Shown here: positions 56,367 to 64,000 of the stretch, one piece after another
Numbering within the stretch: position 1 is the first letter of the stretch
Layout of the letters: the number at the start of each line of letters is the position of its first letter
Origin: Trichormus sp. ATA11-4-KO1
GTDB lineage: Bacteria > Cyanobacteriota > Cyanobacteriia > Cyanobacteriales > Nostocaceae
Assembly: GCA_019358915.1 (NCBI GenBank)
Contig: JAHHIM010000022.1
Coordinates: forward strand, 12,783 to 76,782
Length of the DNA stretch: 64,000 nucleotides
Direction: 5' to 3'
Program-made: the position numbers and the translations under genes
The notes under the pieces: model-generated
The model's database searches: none
What the model saw: only the letters and a program-made list of their open reading frames with translations
Told to the model about the DNA's origin: nothing

Positions 56367-57095
56367 ATGGCTTTCTTTAATAGCTTTACAGATTCAATAA
56401 GACAAAAGTGGTTGCAGTTTTTCCAGGCAAACCGTGAATGGATTACTCTGCACATGAAAGCAGAGTCAGTGTACACACCTGATGGTGGGAAGCGACCACC
56501 GTCATACCTCATCCTGGGCGTTGTGAACGCGCTGGAACCGAAGTTAGCGCAGTTAATGATGCCTTTTTCCAGATTAAATCCTGATGCCGATACCCTGATT
56601 GAAGTACTGGATTTGCATTTTGACCCAGACATTGCTCTCGGTAATCGTTTCATTCCTCCAGTCGAAACAGAAGAAATCAATCAATATCAGTCAGCAGTTA
56701 CCGTTGATGAAAATTCCGAAGATGAAACTTTGGCGATTTCTCATACCAGTGGCTTTGGCATGGATTCGGATCTACAAAATTTAGTAGTTGGCGAATCCCA
56801 GGAAAGCCGAAATCGCATGGGTGATGAATCCCATCAAGTTTCCAGTACGGAAGCAGATGAATTTGGTGAGATTTCCTTTGAAGCCCCAAATGCAACTGAA
56901 GCCCAGCTGAATGAGCAAATGCTGGATGATCTGGATACACCAGACGAAAACGCCTTTAGAGACGTATTATCAGATGTCTGGGGTGATGAAACAGCATTGC
57001 AAAAGAGTGAAGACAATAACGATTTATTAGGGGAAGAACTGCCATCTGGAGTTTTTGATGAATCAGAGATTGCCCGTCTCTTCCCCAACGCTTAA
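56367..57095 (+). CDS. DUF5331-like protein with acidic C-terminal tail
   Basis: KWLQFFQANREWI...RPPSYLILGV...FDPD; located between chlL and chlN. Confidence 0.75.
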   Translation: MAFFNSFTDSIRQKWLQFFQANREWITLHMKAESVYTPDGGKRPPSYLILGVVNALEPKLAQLMMPFSRLNPDADTLIEVLDLHFDPDIALGNRFIPPVETEEINQYQSAVTVDENSEDETLAISHTSGFGMDSDLQNLVVGESQESRNRMGDESHQVSSTEADEFGEISFEAPNATEAQLNEQMLDDLDTPDENAFRDVLSDVWGDETALQKSEDNNDLLGEELPSGVFDESEIARLFPNA

Positions 57096-57120
57096 TGATT
57101 GCCGTTCCTGTTGAATATAG

Positions 57121-58647
<1,527 letters not shown>

Positions 58648-58797
58648 AGTTTGGGTTTGATGATTAGGCGAACAGAAGTTCGCCTTTTTTAACGAACCAC
58701 GAAGGCATAGAGGACACGGAGAATTCGATAAATTTACCCCTTTCCAAGCTGGAACGAGAAAGAGGTAAATCCAAAAAACAAAAAGAATTATTTAATT

Positions 58798-59529
58798 TTA
58801 ACTTTTCAAAACCCCTATTTCTTGCTGTATTGGCAAGACATCTAAAATATCGGTTTGGGCACAATATTTTAAATCTTCATGACATTCAAGGCGTAACAAT
58901 CTCTTGCCGTGACTAGCTTGGTGGAATAATCCCAATAGGTCATCTTGCCATTGTGAGTAAAGCGCGATCGCACTAATTAGTTCATCATTTCCAGCAATTT
59001 CCTCTTGAGAAAACTGGGACTGTTGTATGAGGCTGTGAGCGATCGCTCCTGCACAAACTGTATCTTCTAAAGAAAAATTGCCTTCCCAACCGGAACCAAC
59101 AATCCATACTGTCTCTGGTTGCTTTTCTAGGAGATATTGCACCACCGCCGCCCGGTTAATCAAAGCTGCTGCTAAGACATTTGGCGAGTCTTGTATCCGT
59201 TGTAAGGCGCGAGTCCCATTGGTGGTACTGATAAACAAACGACGCCCCTTGACTACCTCTGGTGTGCAGTCGAGGGGAGAGTTACCCAATTCAAAGCCGG
59301 GTACTTTTGCGCCGCCGCGTTCTCCGGCTCGTAGTCGTTTTTCCTGTGGCCATTTTTCGCTGACTGCAATTAATTGATCTAAATCACTGAAGGCTTGCAC
59401 AGCTTCGCCTCCAGATGCCAAGACAGTCGCTATTGTGCTAGTAGCCCGCAAAACATCAACTGCGATCGCGCAGTCTGGAGTTTTGTCTGTTGGAGTCAAT
59501 TCCGGAGTGTGGTATATGAATAGCTTCAC
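58798..59529 (-). CDS. comB: 2-phosphosulfolactate phosphatase family protein
   Basis: [31 protein letters not shown]. Confidence 0.93.
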   Translation of the reverse strand: MKLFIYHTPELTPTDKTPDCAIAVDVLRATSTIATVLASGGEAVQAFSDLDQLIAVSEKWPQEKRLRAGERGGAKVPGFELGNSPLDCTPEVVKGRRLFISTTNGTRALQRIQDSPNVLAAALINRAAVVQYLLEKQPETVWIVGSGWEGNFSLEDTVCAGAIAHSLIQQSQFSQEEIAGNDELISAIALYSQWQDDLLGLFHQASHGKRLLRLECHEDLKYCAQTDILDVLPIQQEIGVLKS

Positions 59530-59800
59530 GCGCTGGATACACCTGCTCTAAATACTATTGCCGAGATTACATTCTAATTGGTGTCATCAACCAAAATCAC
59601 AATTAAAACCAGAGTATTTCTGAATCTTCAGGCAAGAGTATTCATTATCTTAAAATTACAAAGTTTATGTCCGTGAACCAAACAACGATAATCTGAAAAA
59701 AGCATAGACCCCAGCACAAATGTCCGGTACTGGCAATATAGAGAGGAAATCTTTGCATCTAATCCGCTCATCCAACCTCTAAAATTGGCTTTGAATCAAT

Positions 59801-60220
59801 ATGGCACCTTTACCCGAATACCGCCCTAAACAACTGTCTGTAGGCCCATTGGAAGCAGAAATTTTAAATATTATCTGGGAACTGGGTTCAGTTACAGTCA
59901 AGGATGTACACGATCGCATTCTCTCTGACCCCAACCGAGAATTAGCTTATACTTCTGTAACTACAGTTCTGCGCCGCCTCACTGATAAAGGTTGGTTAGC
60001 TTGTGACAAACAAGGAAGGGCTTTCTATTGGCGACCAAAGCTGACAAAGCAGCAAGCGCAGGTAATCAAGGCCCACGACCAATTACAACGCTTTTTAGCG
60101 GTGGGCAACCCTGATGTGATTGCGGCCTTTGCTGATAGTCTAGATGAAGCCGCCAGCGAGCAATTAGAAGCGATCGCTCAACGCATTCAAGCCGCACGCC
60201 AAGCCAGGGAGGAACAATAA
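59801..60220 (+). CDS. BlaI/MecI/CopY-family transcriptional regulator
   Basis: LEAEILNIIW, AYTSVTTVLRRLTDKG. Confidence 0.93.
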   Translation: MAPLPEYRPKQLSVGPLEAEILNIIWELGSVTVKDVHDRILSDPNRELAYTSVTTVLRRLTDKGWLACDKQGRAFYWRPKLTKQQAQVIKAHDQLQRFLAVGNPDVIAAFADSLDEAASEQLEAIAQRIQAARQAREEQ

Positions 60221-61077
60221 TGCATCTAATGATGATTTTGACTGCTTTGACAGTTGCTTGGAGTTTAAGATGCTCTTTTCATCATCTCCCAGGTAGCTGG
60301 GATGTCCGGTGGCGGCGATCGCTATTTTTATTTCTCTTCCCTCCATTATTAATTTTCATGACAGCGATCGCTGTGCTGTTTATGGGGCCCCAAGGAAGAA
60401 TGGGCGGTGTACATACTGGTTGGTTGAGTTATGAACTAGCATTAATTTTTCTAGTTTTTTTTACCATTTTGTGTATTGCCTTAGCTTTCCAAGGTTGGCA
60501 ATCAGTAGAATCTGCCCGAAAATCTCCCTTAGTGAGTCTTGGGGGTAAGCAAGTTAGGTTACTCAACACAGAGGCGCTGTTTGCCGGTCAAATTGGCTTT
60601 TGGCAACCAGAATTAGTAGTTAGCCAAGGATTACTGCAAACTCTCTCTCCAGCGCATTTAGATAGTGTTTTAGCCCATGAACAGGGACATTACCATTACC
60701 GCGACACATTTTGGTTTTTCTGGCTGGGTTGGGTACGCGCTTGTACAGCTTGGCTACCCAACACAGATTCTTTGTGGGAAGAATTATTAGCTTTACGGGA
60801 ATTACGTGCTGACAGTTATGCGGCATCACAGGTAGACCCGCTTTTGCTAGCAGAATCATTACTAATGGTAGTGAGTAATAGCAGTGTATCATCAGAAATT
60901 TGCTGCGCGGCTTTAGAGTCTAGCGGAGGCGATGCCTACGGCGGTAAGCTACGCTTAGAACAAAGAATAGAAGCATTATTAGCACCACCAGAACCCACAC
61001 CGGAAATTAACTGGCATTACTGGAATAGTTTTCTTTTAGCATTTCTACCGCTAGTGAGTGTGCTTTTTCATACTTAA
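60220..61077 (+). CDS. M56/M48-family membrane metallopeptidase (BlaR-like)
   Basis: TM segments, LAHEQGH zinc motif, RELRAD; start overlaps the stop of the BlaI-like gene. Confidence 0.9.
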   Translation: MHLMMILTALTVAWSLRCSFHHLPGSWDVRWRRSLFLFLFPPLLIFMTAIAVLFMGPQGRMGGVHTGWLSYELALIFLVFFTILCIALAFQGWQSVESARKSPLVSLGGKQVRLLNTEALFAGQIGFWQPELVVSQGLLQTLSPAHLDSVLAHEQGHYHYRDTFWFFWLGWVRACTAWLPNTDSLWEELLALRELRADSYAASQVDPLLLAESLLMVVSNSSVSSEICCAALESSGGDAYGGKLRLEQRIEALLAPPEPTPEINWHYWNSFLLAFLPLVSVLFHT

Positions 61078-61328
61078 ATGGGCAAAGGGGTTACACATCT
61101 TTTTAGGGGTGTATCTACAGGAGAACGGCTTTTATTGAGCAAAAGTTGAATTTCTCTCTCAAATTGTTCTCTTCCCCGTGTAAAAAAGTTTGGCTCTCTG
61201 GGGTTAATTACATCATTGAATACTGGCTGACTGGTAGCAGCAACTGGTAGGCTGACTAATAAAAATGTCAGTATCAGTATTGTGAGTATATTCAGGCGAG
61301 GAAATAGATGATATAAAATTTTGTTCAT
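61074..61328 (-). CDS. Hypothetical small secreted protein
   Basis: 84 aa with a signal-peptide-like N terminus. Confidence 0.5.
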   Translation of the reverse strand: MNKILYHLFPRLNILTILILTFLLVSLPVAATSQPVFNDVINPREPNFFTRGREQFEREIQLLLNKSRSPVDTPLKRCVTPLPI

Positions 61329-61513
61329 AGTGTTTTAGTGGCTAACTTAGCAAAAGTCGTGAAGCGGAATAAAGCAATCACCAATCCGTATGATGCTTTG
61401 CTAGCAATGACATATCATTAGTAATTTTTCATTCACGATACATAAAATTAAAAGCCTAAAGTTGGAAAAAGCATTTCCACCCTTTAGACTTTAGATTTTA
61501 ACTATTTTTTCAA

Positions 61514-61585
<72 letters not shown>

Positions 61586-61730
61586 ACGCTCACGATTTAT
61601 TATATTAAACCTAACACATAAGATTTGGCAAGTACTTTTCCCAACTTTTTTTCGTCGATGCTTAATACCCAGAAATATTGCAACCAAAACTCTCTCTGGA
61701 GTTGGGTTAGAGACTTTTGGATGCTAATAT

Positions 61731-62282
61731 CTACTGTAATCCCATACGCAATTGTGCTAGTCGCTGCCGTGCTTTCGCGTCAATAGAGTTGGCTAAAAAC
61801 CTACTCTTAGATTGATTGCGTTTTTGATACTTATGTCGCATCCGACAAACTGTACTTTCTACCTCGCCACACAATTGTTGTGCCGACAACCATTCAGCGC
61901 CATATCCCTGTACCATTAACTGCTGTGCCCGATCTGAGGTGGCCACAATCACGCGAGTAATTAAAGATTGCGCTATTTGATAACGCAAAGATGCACAGGC
62001 TTTTTCAATAAAAGTATCTGCGGTTTGCCCAAAATCAGTGTAATGAACTGATAAAAGTTCTGTAATAATTTCTTGATTACTAGACGCTTTATGATATTGG
62101 GCATCAAAAATTATTTGAGTATCATAACCTTGAAATGAGCTGTAATTAGTCATTGCTTCAACCAATTCCCAGCGTGCTGCCTCTAATCCTGCGTGATCAC
62201 GGGTTTTTTTCAGGCAAGGCCAAGCGCCAATTATATTGTAGCCGTCTACTAACAAGACGGCTTGGAGTAAGGAACGAGGCAT
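61731..62282 (-). CDS. NYN-domain (YacP/Rae1-like) ribonuclease
   Basis: LLVDGYNIIG, IFDA, TADTFIE, VATSD. Confidence 0.92.
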   Translation of the reverse strand: MPRSLLQAVLLVDGYNIIGAWPCLKKTRDHAGLEAARWELVEAMTNYSSFQGYDTQIIFDAQYHKASSNQEIITELLSVHYTDFGQTADTFIEKACASLRYQIAQSLITRVIVATSDRAQQLMVQGYGAEWLSAQQLCGEVESTVCRMRHKYQKRNQSKSRFLANSIDAKARQRLAQLRMGLQ

Positions 62283-62602
62283 GGTTTTTAATCACAGTTA
62301 TCTAGAGTTAACAAAATTCATTCATAATTTTTATAGTAATTGAAGCATTGCTTGTAACACTATGTTACAAAAGAGAAAAAAAGGCAATGTGATCACAAAA
62401 TTAGACGAGAAAAAGCTTTAACAAATGGAAACGCGCCTGTTCTAGGCGCGCTGTAGTTGTTAGTAATTATTGATTAATTAGCTGAGGGAAAAGGGAATTT
62501 AAGCGTGTCCGACAGGCGGCGCGCCACCCGCTACAAATGAAAGCAACACCTGTTTCTTGATGATGGACTGTTGTGTTTTTACTCCTAACTCAGCACTCTT
62601 TC

Positions 62603-63280
62603 TTAAAAGGCTTTATCCTCCACTGTCATCAAACGTTGTTTAAGACGCTGAGGTTCACCTCTATCAACCAAAGAGCCTTTTTCTAATAAAAAAGCGCCAT
62701 CACAGTAATTCAACTCATCTAAGCGATGAGTTACCCACAGGGCAGTAATACCGCGACTTTTGACTAAGCGACGGACACCGGCGACTAAATCTAGTTGGCT
62801 ATCTGGATCGAGTAAGGCAGTGGGTTCATCTAATAATAAGATTTCACAGCGACGGGCGATCGCACCAGCGATCGCGACTCGTTGTTTTTGTCCTCCACTC
62901 AAAGCATAGATAGGTCGTAGTTGTAGGGCAGACAAATTCACTGCCCCTAGCGCCTCTTCAACTCTTGCCTTGACCGTAGCAGGCGGTAATTTTTCTTCCA
63001 CCAGTCCAAAAGCCACATCAGCACCAACTGTTGGCATCACTAGTTGATGATCAGGATTTTGAAAAACAAAGCCAACAGGATGTAAAACTCGAATTTCACC
63101 GGACTGGGGAGCTAATAGCCCAGCCAGCAGTCGAAGTAATGTTGATTTACCACTACCATTTGTACCCAAAAGCATCCAAAATTCACCCATAGGTACTTCT
63201 AGGGTGCAAGATTCAATTGCTGTCTCGCCATTAGGCCAACTAAAGCGTAAATCTTTGACCTCGATGCCCACTTCTGCCAT
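62603..63280 (-). CDS. ECF/CbiO-like ABC ATP-binding protein
   Basis: GTNGSGKST, VFQNPDHQ, LSGGQKQR, DEPTALLD. Confidence 0.92.
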   Translation of the reverse strand: MAEVGIEVKDLRFSWPNGETAIESCTLEVPMGEFWMLLGTNGSGKSTLLRLLAGLLAPQSGEIRVLHPVGFVFQNPDHQLVMPTVGADVAFGLVEEKLPPATVKARVEEALGAVNLSALQLRPIYALSGGQKQRVAIAGAIARRCEILLLDEPTALLDPDSQLDLVAGVRRLVKSRGITALWVTHRLDELNYCDGAFLLEKGSLVDRGEPQRLKQRLMTVEDKAF

Positions 63281-63293
63281 TTGTATACCTTAG

Positions 63294-63566
63294 TTATTCA
63301 GCAGTTACGGCAAAAAAGCCAGGTGGTCTACCGCTACTTGTGGTTGCACCATCTTTTTGCATAATCTGTATCCCAGAAATTTCACTAGCACGGACAGCAA
63401 TTTTCTTTTCTGTCTTACCCTCACACTTAAGTTCTACAATGTCAGGGTTACCAGAGCGCATTGCTGCCAAAATTAGCTGATAGATAGCCTCAGCATCCTC
63501 TGCTGACTTACGTTGTACTGATATAGGGAAGGCAGTGTTTCTGAGACTTAAGTCGATGGTAAACAT
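63294..63566 (-). CDS. Conserved cyanobacterial protein (UPF0367-like)
   Basis: PISVQRK...ELKCE...RPPGF. Confidence 0.75.
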   Translation of the reverse strand: MFTIDLSLRNTAFPISVQRKSAEDAEAIYQLILAAMRSGNPDIVELKCEGKTEKKIAVRASEISGIQIMQKDGATTSSGRPPGFFAVTAE

Positions 63567-63609
63567 TTAGGATTAATCAAAACATAACTGTAGGAATCAT
63601 TTTAGCGTC

Positions 63610-63656
63610 AGGGGATTGGGAATTGGGGATTGGTATTAGGGATCAGGGATTAGGGA
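63610..63656 (+). repeat. STRR heptamer array (GGGATT(G/A)-type)
   Basis: ggggattgggaattggggattggtattagggatcagggattaggga. Confidence 0.75.
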
Positions 63657-63874
63657 GAAATATTTTCAGTCCCCACTCCCTTTTTCTGTATTCAAAAATG
63701 AAATTAAATGATAAGGCTACTGGAAAAATTAGCGATTTGCCCTTAAAATTATGAATGTCGGTAAAAAATTGTAAACTAGATTGACAATCTAGTTAATTTT
63801 CTGTTTATGGATAGCTGTAAAAAGCTGGTCTATATGCAGACCTGTACTTATAAAACATTTGGAGATTTGTTCTA

Positions 63875-64000
63875 ATGACCATCGCAGTAGGACGCGCCCC
63901 CAGCACAAGAGGGTGGTTTGACGTACTAGACGACTGGTTAAAGCGCGATCGCTTCGTGTTTGTAGGATGGTCAGGGATATTATTATTCCCCTGCGCTTAC
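63875..64000 (+). CDS. psbD: Photosystem II D2 protein, 5' part (runs off the window)
   Basis: [42 protein letters not shown]. Confidence 0.97.
   Translation, partial: MTIAVGRAPSTRGWFDVLDDWLKRDRFVFVGWSGILLFPCAY

Noticed and set aside
61074..61513. Integrative element at the tRNA-Asn 3' end
   Set aside because: No integrase and no duplicated tRNA 3' fragment seen; only one small ORF and a terminator-like hairpin.

Overview
A 64 kb chromosomal window from a filamentous, probably heterocyst-forming cyanobacterium (Nostocales-like). The assignment rests on abundant HIP1 GCGATCGC sites, STRR heptamer arrays and genes such as petH, prk, ndhN, chlL/chlN and psbD. Most of the window is housekeeping: hisD, hslO, hom, petH/prk, metK, pcrA, nfi, the rplC-to-prfA ribosomal protein cluster, chlL-chlN, tRNA-Asn and the start of psbD. 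The standout accessory element is a roughly 650 bp cassette at 20855-21501. There a TTGACA-N19-TATAAT promoter fires directly into an orphan two-repeat, one-spacer CRISPR mini-array (type I-D-like repeats ending GGGATTGAAAC). The last repeat abuts the ATG of two small overlapping unknown ORFs, the second of which looks like a small RNase toxin. No cas genes lie in the window, so this is a candidate Cas6/crRNA-controlled toxin module (inference, untested). Other notable items are an NrtA-family ABC transporter with an altered binding pocket next to nrtS, an FHA/FHA-flavin-monooxygenase cluster, tiny elements inserted into HIP1 sites inside adk, an M56 peptidase and a GDSL pseudogene, and a long structured rplC leader.
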